NCBI RefSeq assembly: GCF_009914755.1
Contig: NC_060930.1
Length of the DNA stretch: 64,000 nucleotides
Origin: the human T2T-CHM13v2.0 reference genome, Homo sapiens
Reading direction: 5' to 3' (one strand)
In this document: positions 23,892 to 36,320 of the stretch, one piece after another
How the letters are laid out: the number at the start of each line of letters is the position of its first letter
Numbering within the stretch: position 1 is the first letter of the stretch
Made by a program: the position numbers and the translations under genes
The notes under the pieces: model-generated
Told to the model about the DNA's origin: nothing
Databases searched by the model: none
What the model saw: only the letters and a program-made list of their open reading frames with translations

Positions 23892-24266
23892 TAAAACCTT
23901 AACTTTATTCAGTCAACCTGATTAAATTATGCTCCAGACCTCTGATGATATTCTGACCTCATGAAATGTGATTAACACCTTGGATTATGTTTTTCTGTGT
24001 TTCTAAAGTAAGTTAATCATGTTGAGAGACATGCCTGTATTCTCCCCCAAGGCAATTTGCTTATTAAAAACATTTTTCTGAGCCATTTCCAAGAACTTGA
24101 ACCTTGGAGACATCAAACCAGTCTCAGGACATAACTTGACAAAGGAATTCGCTTCTCAGGGTCCTCTGCCTCCCCTCAATTTCTGTAATTCTTTTCACGC
24201 TTTCCATTTGTAATGCCTAGGGATCGAGGGGGAACAGGAAATCTCCGTCTTCCTAACAATGGCAGC

Positions 24267-24500
24267 ACTCACAGGATGAGGTCCTTCTCTTCCAAAGGTC
24301 CCGGGAGCACACTCCTCATTTGGTGAGGTGCCTATTTATATCAATGACCTTCCCCACTTGCAGAACTTGAACAGCTGCACAATATATATAACGAAATGGA
24401 AAGTAACATGACACGTGTTTCAAAGAGAACACAGGGAAAGGGATATGTATCCAACGTTCCTTCCAGCTCTCAAAGCCTGTGCTTCCTTGAGTCAATATCA
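24267..24500 (-). promoter_or_regulatory. Candidate TATA-box promoter with a short first exon
   Basis: Minus strand TATAAATAGG (24340-24331), adjacent AAGGTCA, donor CCT|GTGAGT at 24273/24272; CACGTG and TGAGTCA upstream. Motif evidence only. Confidence 0.35.
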
Positions 24501-25057
24501 TAAAAATAACAAGGGAGCCACCCTGGAGCATGACTGAGAAGGCTGTTTTAGAGAACATAATTTTGACTCTCTAAAGGCCAAGCCTGAAAGAAAGAAGAAA
24601 ATGTTTAAGAAAGGAGAGGGGGGCTGCTAATAGCTCTTAATGAGTGATAGAGTTACGCTCTTTTAAAATCTGAAACAGGCCATCTTCAAAGGCACCAATC
24701 ATTTCACTCAATGTATTTGAAAATAATTATAGATTTATTTCTTGGTACCCTTGAGATACAGAATCATGTTTGTATGACTTTGTATCTGCAGGGCCTATCT
24801 AAGGCAGGGCCTTATACACAATAGTCACTCAATTCATGTGTCTTAATGAATTAGGACAATCTCAAGAGTGACAGAGGCTCTGTGTGTGTGTGTGTGTATG
24901 TGCACGCACATGCATATACCACTAATTCTAAGGAATCAACATCTATGGTACCTGCTGTATACCATATAATCCACATTTATGGTATACCACATTGCTCAAG
25001 GAATTGAGGCTTTTGAGGAGATGCCACAGGTGGAGTATAAAACTATTCTAAACTGTA

Positions 25058-25348
<291 letters not shown>

Positions 25349-25357
25349 TAAAGTTTA

Positions 25358-25663
25358 ATTTTTTTTTATTTTTTTTTTTTGAGACAGAGTCTTGCTCTGT
25401 CGCCCGGGCTGGAGTGCAGTGGCGCGATCTCGGCTCACTGTGAGCTTCGCCTCCTGGGTTCATGCCATTTTCCTGCCTCAGCCTCCTGAGTAGCTGGGAC
25501 TACAGGCGCCCACCACCACGCCCGGCTAATTTTTTGTATTTTTTTAGTAGAGACAGGGTTTCACCATGTTAGCCAGGATGGTCTCGATCTCCCGACCTCG
25601 TGATCCACCTGCCTGGGCCTCCCAGAGTGCTGGGATTACGGGCGTGAGCCACCGCGCCCAGCC
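25358..25663 (-). mobile_element. AluY
   Basis: ttagccaggatggtctcgatctcc and gccatt diagnostics. Confidence 0.95.
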
Positions 25664-25852
25664 TTAAGTACTATTTTAAAATATTTTTGTGATGACTAAC
25701 AACTACATTTATGACTTCTTGTAGAACAATGGATTCGGCAGCTTATCTCAGAGGTAATTATGCCCTCTTTTGCAATATTCACCATAGCTGAGCAATGGAG
25801 ATTATTCCTAGCTAAATGATGGAATGGTTGTTGACACTGCTTCCATTTGATG

Positions 25853-26152
<300 letters not shown>

Positions 26153-27170
26153 TAAAGTATAATTTTTTTGAAAGTCAAATTAACTCTCCTTCCACATCCA
26201 CAAAAGACCAAAAAGCAGAGGCCCTGTCAGCCTAAGGAGTCTTCATCTTCTTACTCACCCTCATCTTCCCCATTGTGCATCTCCATTAATTTGGAAGCAA
26301 GTATTGTGCTGCTTACTCAGATTGCTACAGTTGCTAGCTGCAGCCCTGGAAGCCACAGTCCTACGCTTTCATTATCCTTGTCTCAGAAGCACACTTCCTC
26401 TTTCTAACAGCATAGTGGGAAAACAGCAATGTTGTTTTCCAGTTACTCACTTGTCAAGGCTGCTCAATAGAAAGCACAAGGAGCATACAAACACATGAAT
26501 GTGTTCAAATAATTTGGAAACAGGTTTTTCTTTTACTATAGGGAGAACATGGAGACTTCTTTCTGTCACACCCCACCCAATTTTACCCACTAGCTATTTT
26601 CAGGGATATAAAGTTAGCTTTACTACTTCTTTTTTCCCTGAAAAAAAGAGGTTTTGAATGGGAGAAATAGGAAAGTCGTTTTACTAAGATTAAGTGAAAT
26701 CCTGGTCCCAAATCAAAGGGCATCAAGGTGGCAATATGAGGGAAGGAACACAGATGTGCTTATCCGTAAAACTCGAGGTTGCGTTCTAGATAGTCTGAGA
26801 CCCCTTCCTGCTCTGGAATTCTAAGATTCTGTGATTTAAATTTAGAAAAGTGATAAGGAGGAAAGACAGGTATGTGAAAAGATTGGAGCTACCGCAGAGA
26901 TAACCCGTATGTTCTACCTGGCTACAGTGGTACAAGGCTGGCCTGGAGGAATCAGGACCTAAAGATAGTTTCAACAATTCCGCCTCCTCTTTGTTGAATG
27001 GGTAAAGGTAACAGAAGAATAAACCTAGCTCCGGAAGCTAGGAGGAAGTACAGAGACAAGCAGAGATTGAATTCTGATTGATGAGACAACGCAAAGTAGA
27101 TACTGGGGAGCTCTACAACCCAGAATCAGTGAACCCAAATGGCAGGCAAAGAACAGACTGGAAATCAAAG

Positions 27171-28610
27171 GGTGTCCGGAATTGGTGGGTTCTTGGTCTT
27201 GCTGACTTAAAGATTGAAGCCACGGACCCTTGCGGCAAGTGTTACAGTTCTTAAAGATGGTTTGTCCAGAGTTTGTTCCTTCAGACGTTCATATGTGTCT
27301 GGAGTTTTTTCCTTCTGGTGGGCTCATGGTCTCGCTGGCTTCAAGGAGTGAAGCTGCAGACCATCACAGTGAGTATTACAGTTCTTAAAAGGTGGCAGGC
27401 TTGGAGTTGTTCGTCTCTTCCGGTGGGTTCGTGGTCTTGCTGACTTCAGGAATGAAGCTGCAGACCTCTGTGGTGAATATTACAGCTCATAAAGGCACCA
27501 CAGACCCAAACAGTGAGCAGTAAAAACATTTAGCAAAGAGCAAAAGAATAAAGCTTCCACATTGTGGAAGGGGACTCACTTGGGTTGCAGCTGCAGGCTC
27601 AGGCAGCCTGCTTTTATTCCTATATCTGGCCCCACCCACATCCTGCTGATTGGTCCATTTTACAGAGAGCTGATTGGTCCATTTTGCAGAGAGCTGATTG
27701 GTCTGTTTTACAGACCAATTTTTTGGTCTCCTGGGTTCAAGCAATTTTGTAGAGAGCTGACTGGTCTGTTTTGACAGGGTGCTGACTGGTGTGTTTACAA
27801 TCCCCGAGCTAGACACAGAGTGCTGATTGGTGCATTTATAATCCTCTAGCTAGACATAAAAGTTCTCCACGTCCCCAGTAGATTAGCTAGACACAGCACT
27901 GATTGGTGTGTTTACAAACCTTTAGCTAGACAGAGTGCTGATTGGTGCATTGACAATCCTCTAGCTAGACATAAAAGTTCTCCAAGTCCCCACCCGACTG
28001 AGGAGCGCAGCTGGCTTCGCCTACTGGATCCTGCGCCTGGGCCGCGGGGGGAGGGGAGCAGGGAGGAGGGGGGAGAAGGGAGGGGAGGGGGGAGGGAGGG
28101 TGCAGGGGGAGGGGGCGGGGAGGGGCAAGGGGGCGGGGAGGGAGGGGGTGGGGCAGGAGGAGGTGGGGAGGGGACTGGGGGAAGGGAGAGGGGGAAGGGG
28201 CAGGGGGGAAGGGGGGGCTAGGGTGGGCATGGCGGGCTGCAGATCCTGAGCCCTGCCCTGTGGGGAGGAGGCTGAGGCCTGCGGCTGTCAGTGCTGGGGG
28301 ACCTGGCACACCCTCCGCAGCTGCTGGCCCGGGTGCTAAGCCCCTCACTGCGCAGGGCCAGTGGCACTGGCAGGCCGCTCCGAGTGCGGGGCCCGCCAAG
28401 CCCGTGCCCACCCGGAACTCGCGCTGGCCCCCAAGCACCGCGTGCAGCCCCGGTTCCCGCCTGAGCCGGCTTCAGCCTTGGCCAGCCCAGAGAGGGGCTC
28501 CCACAGTGCAGTGGCAGGCTGAAGGGCTCCTCAAGTGTGGCCAGAGTGGACGCTGAGGCCGAGGAGGCGCTGAGAGTGAGCGAGGGCTGCTAGCATGTTG
28601 TCATCTCTCA
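27171..28610 (-). mobile_element. LTR12 (ERV9) solo LTR, LTR12D/E-like
   Basis: Reverse complement starts tgagagatgacaacatgctagcagccctc and ends ccaattccggacac; ATTGG array at 27648-27945; perfect TSD aaag (27167-27170, 28611-28614). Confidence 0.95.
28046..28227 (+). repeat. G-rich low-complexity tract inside LTR12
   Basis: About 180 bp of G3-G6 runs separated by 1-4 nt. Confidence 0.9.
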
Positions 28611-28789
28611 AAAGGACTGTTAATTTTCAGAGATCCAAACAAAACAGGGGAGAGGTGGCCTCAAGGAAGTTGACTGGGACTTAGATAAATGCAAAAAGAT
28701 GGAATCTGCTTGCAGAATTGGGTTCAAGGCAGACCTTCTGGCCTCAGGTATAGGAAAAGGCCAATGTACAAAAGTAGATGTAAGTAAAG

Positions 28790-29325
28790 CTAGGTGATGG
28801 ATTAATGATGGCCACAAATCTGACACTTCTTCCAACAAGAGATAGGATCTATTTCCTACACTGTTGAATCTGGGCAGCTTTTTTGATTGATTTGATCAAT
28901 AGAATCTGAAGGAAATTATGCTATGCTAGTTTCTTGGGTCAGGACTCAAACAAGTGGCAGCTGCCACTACTTTCTGCCTCTTGGCACACTCACTCTTGGA
29001 AATTAGCTGCCATGCCGTGCGGAAGCCCAAGCAGTCTTCTAAAGAGAACTAAGCTGAGAGAAAACAAGATCCCCATCCAGCCCTGCCAGCTGACTTTCAG
29101 CCAATAACCAGCATTAACTTGTCTGTTTATTATGAGTGAGTGAACCATCTTGGAAGTGGATCTTCCAGGCCCATTTGAGCTACCCCAGCTGATGACAGAT
29201 GGAGCAAGGACCAGCTGTCCTTGCTAACTCTTCCCTAAATTACAGATTCATGAGCAAACTAAATGATTGTCTTAAACAACTGAATTTTAAAGTGATTTGT
29301 TATGTAGCAATAGATGACCAGAACA
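28790..29325 (+). mobile_element. MLT1E/F-type LTR
   Basis: gatggccacaaatctgacac...tgtagcaatagatgaccagaaca. Confidence 0.75.
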
Positions 29326-29370
29326 GTCATTATACTATTATCTCTACTTTTATGTATGTTTGAAAATTCC

Positions 29371-29508
29371 GGCCAGGCACAGTGGCTCACACATTCAATC
29401 CTAGTACTTTGGGAGGCAGAAATGGAAGGATCATGTCACCCTAGGAGTTCAAGACCAGCCTGGACAACACAGTGAGACCCAGATCTCTAAAAAAAGAAAA
29501 AAGAAGAA
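29371..29508 (+). mobile_element. FLAM monomer
   Basis: Left-arm-only Alu with A tail; TSD gaaaatt(c/t)c. Confidence 0.85.
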
Positions 29509-29593
29509 AATTTCTATACTATTAATTTAAAAATATTTTAAATGCTTATGGAAACAGCAGCATGGTGTGACTTAGCATTTGAGCCCTCGAAAA

Positions 29594-30136
29594 GCGATGT
29601 TTCTCAAAGGGTGGTCTGGAAACCGTTTGCATCAGTATTCCCAGAAGGTGCTTATAAAATAGATTACTGAACCTAACCTCACACTCGGTGAGTTAGAATC
29701 TCTCAGAAGAAAAAAGAACCTACATTTTTCGCAGGCACTGCCAGGGAATTGATACCCTTTAAAGTTTAAGAGACACTGGGCTACCTTCGCCTCCTGAGTT
29801 CAAGCAATTCTAGTGCCTCAGCCTCCTAAGCAGCTGGAACTACAGGCACACACCATCACACCCAGATAATTTTTGTATTTTTAGTAGAGACAGGTTTTCA
29901 CCATGTTGGCCAGGCTGGTCTCTGTCTCAAAAAAAAAAAAAAAAAAAAAAAAGAGACACTGGGCTAGAGCTGTGGTTTTCAACCTTGGCTTCACATCTCA
30001 ATCAGCTAGGGAACTGTACAAAATACAGGTGGCTGGGTCCCATGCTCATAGTTAATAGTTTGAGGTGCACCTGGGCCCTAGGATTTTTCAAAGCTCTCCA
30101 GATGACTGCAATATGCAGCCAGGGTTGAGCGCTACT
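29594..30136. mobile_element. MER5A-type hAT MITE pieces, interrupted by the inverted Alu
   Basis: tttctcaaagggtggtc...aaagtttaagagacactg and tggttttcaaccttggct...cagggttgagcgctactg. Confidence 0.65.
29784..29950. mobile_element. 5'-inverted, internally deleted Alu
   Basis: Antisense Alu 29784-29922, then sense ctctgtctc plus poly(A); perfect 16-bp TSD aagagacactgggcta. Confidence 0.9.
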
Positions 30137-30604
30137 GAACAGAAGGGTTAGGATCGGAGAGCTGCGGAGGAGCCAGTTGTCACCGTCTATGTGAAGGAGA
30201 GGGCTACAGAGACTGGGAGCTGCTGCAGAGTCTGCTGGAGCAGGCCACCTGTGAGGATGCATAACCCGAAAGAGCAATGGGGATTCTTTGTGAGACTAAG
30301 TGACATACGCCATGTGGGGTGGAAAATACAAAAACATGAAAGGAAACTCTGCATCATCATTTTGAACTAATGGGAAATGAAGGTCCCAAAACACAAACTC
30401 AAGTTCCCCTTCATGACTGGGTAGAAAATAGATGTTTTTCTACTGAGAGGAATTCTGATTTTTATTTCCTTTTCAAAGTTATTTCTACCTCCACTTTAAC
30501 TTTTTCATTTCTCTCTTGCGATCTCAAAGGCATTCCTAAGCATAACTTCATATCTGGGCCTCTGATTACGAGGGGTGTGGTAAGTTATTAAAGAAGTAGG
30601 CGTG

Positions 30605-30912
30605 GCCGGGCGTGGTGGCTCACGTGTGTAATCTCAGAACTTTGGGAGGCCAAGGCAGGCAGATCACGAGGTCAGGAGATCGAGACCATCCTGGCTAACG
30701 CGGTGAAACCCCGTCTCTACTAAAAGTAGAAAAAAAATAGCAGGCCATGGTGGTACGTGCCTGTGGTCCCAGCTACTCGGGAGGCTTGAGACAGGAGAAT
30801 AACTTGAACCTGGGAGGCGGAGGTTGCAGTGGGCTGAGATGGCACCACTGCACTTCAGCCTGGGCGACAACAGAGTGAGACTCCATCTCAGAAAAAAAAA
30901 AAAAAAAAAAAA
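30605..30912 (+). mobile_element. AluSc/Y-like
   Basis: TSD aaagaagtaggc. Confidence 0.95.
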
Positions 30913-31024
30913 AGAAGTAGGCCTGTGGGAAGAGTCGTTAAGTACAAGGAATATGCAAGATGCTTCCAAAGGATTGCTGGATCTGCAAATGTGACGGGCC
31001 ACGAATTATTTATTTTTCTTATTT

Positions 31025-31322
31025 TTTAATTGTTTTTGGCAACAGGGTCTCACTTTATCGCCTAGGCTGGAGTACAGGGGCATGATCACAACTCATTGCA
31101 ACCTTGACCTCCTGGGGCTCAAGTGATCCTCCCACCTTAGCCTCCCAAGTAGCTAGGACCACAGGTGTGGACCACCATGCCTAGCTAATTTGTTTTAGTT
31201 TTTTTAGAGATGAGATCTCAGTATGTTGCCCAGGCTGCTCTTGAATTCCTGGCCTCAAGTGATCCTCCCACCTCCACCTCCCAAAGTGTTGGGATTACCC
31301 ATGTGAGCCACTGTGCCTGGCC
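31025..31322 (-). mobile_element. AluJ
   Basis: Diverged antisense Alu. Confidence 0.9.
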
Positions 31323-32169
31323 TGGGGGCACAAATTATTAACATATGAGTATTCAGAGCTCCCCCTCTTTCCCCATTGCTAAAGGGAATTTTGTATTTGT
31401 CTACTTGATTTTAATCCTCTTCCTCCTGGCTTTCCCCAGATGGAAGAGAATTTAGATGGATCCACTGGGAAGGCAGAAGTGATACTAGAAAGCTGCACTG
31501 GCTGTTTATTAAAGAGTTTTATTCTGGTATGAGTAAAACAGTTTTACCATGGCATGTGAGATGATTAGAGAGGAGAGAAAAAGGGAACAAATAAGTGATG
31601 CTGTGGATTATGAAAAGAATCTGTTTTTGATAGTCTCTGAGAAATTCAAAAGGAGAATTGAGTTGCTTTTTAAATACTTTCACTTTTTCCTTGATGGCAT
31701 CACCCACCCTGAGTCTGGTCCTAGATACGTGAGCATTGCATAAACATGAACCTAGTGTTGGAAGCTGCAATGCTATTCCGGGGACTGACTGCTGTCCTTG
31801 TAAATTAGATGCAGTGTTCTTGGGCTAACATTCCACCTTTTTATGATTTATATATATTTTTATTAACAAGCATCCAAGAATTACCATATATATTTGACTA
31901 GTCAATTTTTTAGCACTACAAGAGGAAAAAAATGAATTCTTGTTACTCTGTTGCAGATGGAATCTCAAATCAAAATATTTTATGGACAGCTATATGAGAG
32001 GAGCAAGAAAAAATGTATTCCTGGTCAGTAGTAATGCCAACCACCGTCTGTATTGTATGAACCCAGTCTCTTGTGAGGAAGAACCACTTCTTGTTTGCAT
32101 GAAAATTACCAGACCAGGGTGTTAGTGGGGAATGGTTCTGAGTAGAGTCCTTGGGGGCAGAAATGGTTA

Positions 32170-32586
32170 ATGTTTCCCAGATAGTGGCGGACTTCTCTAC
32201 ATTTCTCTACCTCCTTGCGGTTGGGTTGGGGACACATGATCAGACCTGGACAATGAGCTTCAAGCAGAAGGGATGCTTTTGTCACTCACTTCTAAGCCTG
32301 TGCATTTGAAAGCTAATATGTTTCCTCTCGTCCTCTCTTTCCCTTTCCAAAGTGACCTTGAAGGTACAGAATGCAGATGCCATCATCACTGGCCATATCA
32401 GGTTGGTGCAAAAGTAATTGCGGTTTTGCATTAAAAGTGCTCTGATTTCACTGTTTAGAGAGCTGCCAAGAGAAGCCTGCCTCAGGCTGTGATATGAGTG
32501 AGAAGTACACTTTTGTTAGGTTAAGCTGCTGAGAACTTGAGGTTTATTTGTTACCGAAGCATAACCTAGCATTAGCCTGACTAACC
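32170..32586 (+). mobile_element. Old MLT1 (I/J-like) LTR
   Basis: End motif ttgttaccgaagcataacctagc...ctgactaa. Confidence 0.6.
32398..32438 (+). mobile_element. Half MADE1 (Hsmar1 terminal inverted repeat)
   Basis: ta-tcaggttggtgcaaaagtaattgcggttttgcattaaaagt; only one TIR present. Confidence 0.9.
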
Positions 32587-33111
32587 TTGTCCCTGGGGAA
32601 AATGAGAAAAGATTATGTTACCCTTCTTACTGGAACACTGTGCAGAGAGAAGAAAGCCTATGGCTACTACTTTAGAAATCAACGCAGGAAGGCTACATTC
32701 CCATTTTCTGGGAGCTGCAAGGACACATTTGATATAAACATCTTGAGGCAGAATAATTTTGCATCTACTTGTCCAGATTCTCTGAGGTTCCCACTCATTG
32801 CTTGTCTCATACATTTTGTGACAAACTTTTCAGTAAACTTTACTATGTTGACCTGGGGTGGAGCTCTGGGCAGAAATCTGTGTTCAATATGAGGAAGATG
32901 TAGCAATACCTTTGAAAAAGCCAAGAGTCTTAATCTGCTTAATGATTGCAACACTGCCTTCTCACTTACCTGATGCCAAAGACTTTCTATAGCAGTGGGC
33001 TGCTGGGAGATGGCCGCTGTCCTCAGAGATCTTTTGGTCAAGGCTGGCTGGCTTAATAGAAGACTGATCTCTTGGCTTTAGGCTCTCAGAACTTTAAAAT
33101 AGTGCCACCTC

Positions 33112-33383
33112 AGCTGGGCACGGTGGCTCACGGCTGTAATCCCAGCACTTTGGGAGGCCGAGGCGGGCAGATTACGACGTCAGGAGATCGAGACCATCCT
33201 GGCTAACACGGTGAAACCCTGTCTCTACTAAAAATACAAAAAATTAGCCAGGCGTGGTGGCGGGTGCCTGTAGTCCCAGCTACTCGAGAGGCTGAGGCAG
33301 GAGAATGGCATGAACCCAGGAGGCGGACCTTGCAGTGAGATCGGGCCACTGCACTCCAACCTGGGTAACAGAGTGAGACTCTG

Positions 33384-33413
<30 letters not shown>
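33112..33413 (+). mobile_element. AluY
   Basis: TSD aaaat(a/t)gtgccacct. Confidence 0.95.
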
Positions 33414-33417
<4 letters not shown>

Positions 33418-33533
33418 TGCCACCTTGCTTTAGATGAAAGGACTTTTAGTTTCATTTTGATATAAGTCATAACTAGCGGCAAATTAAACCAAAGTGGGAT
33501 TTCAGAAATCAAGTCTTTATTACTTAAAACTAA

Positions 33534-33878
<345 letters not shown>

Positions 33879-34973
33879 AAGATAATGTTTTTGAAGCTTC
33901 AACTGGATAATGTATATGAAAGTGCTTTATAAATCATTTGTTGTTGGCACTATCCATAGCTATGTTCACTCGTTTGGTTTTAGACAAAAGAGAATCATCA
34001 TCATATTTTTTAAAGACGATTTAACACCAGTAAAAATGTAGACTTATGCTCATGTAGACAGCTGCCTTGTGGGGTGTCTTTGTCCTTGACTAATGAATGT
34101 CCTCTCATAGCCTATGTCTGTTTCAATAGTGTGCAATCTGGTTATATGAGTCTTTTTTTTTTTTTAAGCACCAAAACCCAGCATTTAGGCCACGGGTTTC
34201 TTTATTGCCATCTAAGGAGTCCTGGCAGACTGGAGCCATTTTTCCCTCTGACAGACCTTTAAATGATTCTTCATGCATTTGTCACATAATTAAAATTAGA
34301 TTACTTCAACTCCCTGCTGGCTGGCCTGAGTGGGGGCCCTTGTAAAGCCTCCAGCTGGCCCGGGGGCCTTTGAAAGGGGGAATACGGTCCAAACACACTC
34401 AGCCGCTGCTTTGCCCCACCCCCAGCCTGGAAGTCATTGTGCTCCTTGCCAGTTAGACAAGATTTACCCGGAGTTTATCAATGGCTGCTTATTTTCTAAG
34501 GGCCGGATTTTCCATTCTAAAGAACGTGGAGTCAGAGATCAGTATGTTTGTTCCTAAGGAGCTGCAGCCGGTCTGGTCCTCCGTTGCTCAGCACCCAGAG
34601 AGCTCACCTTTTAGAGGTTTGCCTTGTAGGTCAGCTGAAATGGATAGCCAGGGACAGCAGAATGATTGAGCAGCTGAGAGCATATACTGTAGTAAATATT
34701 TGCTGCCAAATAATTGTTTGTTTTCTCAGCCAAGGCAGAATTCAAAATCCCTTCTCTTTTCCCAAGGCCCTTCTCCTATAAACCTCTCCATCCTTCTGCC
34801 AACAGGACACTCTCTGGCTGGGTTTCTCTGGACAGCCTAAATTAGGGCTTCACACTGAGAGCTCCCATCACTGCAGACAGCACAAAGTGACACCTCGAAA
34901 TATCTTCTCCAGCTGAATTTCCAACATCTGCCTTTTCTCTTTCTCAATTTCCTTAAAAATTTAAAGAAAGGAC

Positions 34974-35282
<309 letters not shown>

Positions 35283-35509
35283 TTAAAGAAAGGACAAGTG
35301 AAGATTAGTGTTACTATCTGTCAAGGAATCTCAGCTCCCTCTGCTAAAAGAACAGCTCTCATCTTTCACTCTTGGCATTTTCTCTCTCTGGCCAAGTGCC
35401 TCCTTTACAATCTTTCCCTGGGTCATTTCAGTTCATCTTCCCTCTGCCTGCCTTTTACTCGTCCACTTTCTATTATATTGCACAGCCGCAAAAGAAAGGG
35501 TTTGAATTA

Positions 35510-36165
35510 AATCCGATGTGAGCTAGACTCCCCTGTTAGCAATTTATTAGTGCTGTGACCTTGAGCTAGTGACTTAACCTCTCTGAACTTTATTTCTTTA
35601 CCCTAAAATTGGGCATAATAATGGCCACCTTACGTGACTGTAAGGAGGATCAGGAATAATGTAATTAATGCCTAGCCAATAATAAGTGCTTTAACCTGGC
35701 TTCTCAGCAGAGCAGAGGAATTACGCCCTTACGCTTAGTTATTAAACACTGCCTTCCCTATTTCTGTAAAGGCAGTTAATTTCTGTAACTTATTTATTAT
35801 TAAATCCTTCACAATACGATGGATGTCCTTTAATCCACCATACAAAAGATAGCTATCACCATAATTACTTACAAAAGATAGCCATCACCGTAATTTCTGC
35901 GAAAATGCCTTAACTGCAACTGCTCTGGGGTGTGTGTGTGTGTGTGCGTGCACACGTGCCTAACACTATTTGCAACGTGCCAGGCCTCTGATCGGTGATA
36001 AGCACTTAGTATGGATTCTCTTATGTGAGGTGGCTTCTATCGTATCCCCATTTCACAATGAGGAAATCAGGCTTAGGGATCAAAACTTGCCTGAAGCCCC
36101 CCAGTTAGCAACTGGCAAAGCGAGGATTTGAGTCTGAGCAGTCTAGCTCTGGAGCCTGCACTCTA
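35510..36165. mobile_element. Two MIR fragments in opposite orientation (~35510-35695 +, ~35960-36165 -)
   Basis: gctgtgaccttgagctagtgacttaacctctctga; ccccatttcacaatgaggaaatcaggcttag. Confidence 0.7.
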
Positions 36166-36320
36166 TGCCTTTGTCTCAGCAACGCAGGGGGGTCAGTGAA
36201 GAAATTAGGACTTCCAGGGTTTTCAGGAAAAAAAATGTGCAAAAGTTCCTACAAACCTGGAGACATCCTTTATAGTCCTAGTCTCACAATCCTTTCTCTG
36301 CCTCTCTGGATCCTCTGAGC

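Noticed and set aside
27640-27990. Regular gctgattgg repeats resembling a CRISPR-like array (also 22640-22830 and 22985-23340)
   Set aside because: These are intrinsic LTR12 tandem units with no unique spacers, in a eukaryotic context with no cas genes.
27965-28438. 157-aa proline-rich ORF
   Set aside because: It is a translation of the C-run strand of the low-complexity tract in LTR12.
32398-32438. miR-548-like microRNA gene
   Set aside because: It resembles the miR-548 5p arm, but the second MADE1 arm is absent, so no hairpin precursor can form.
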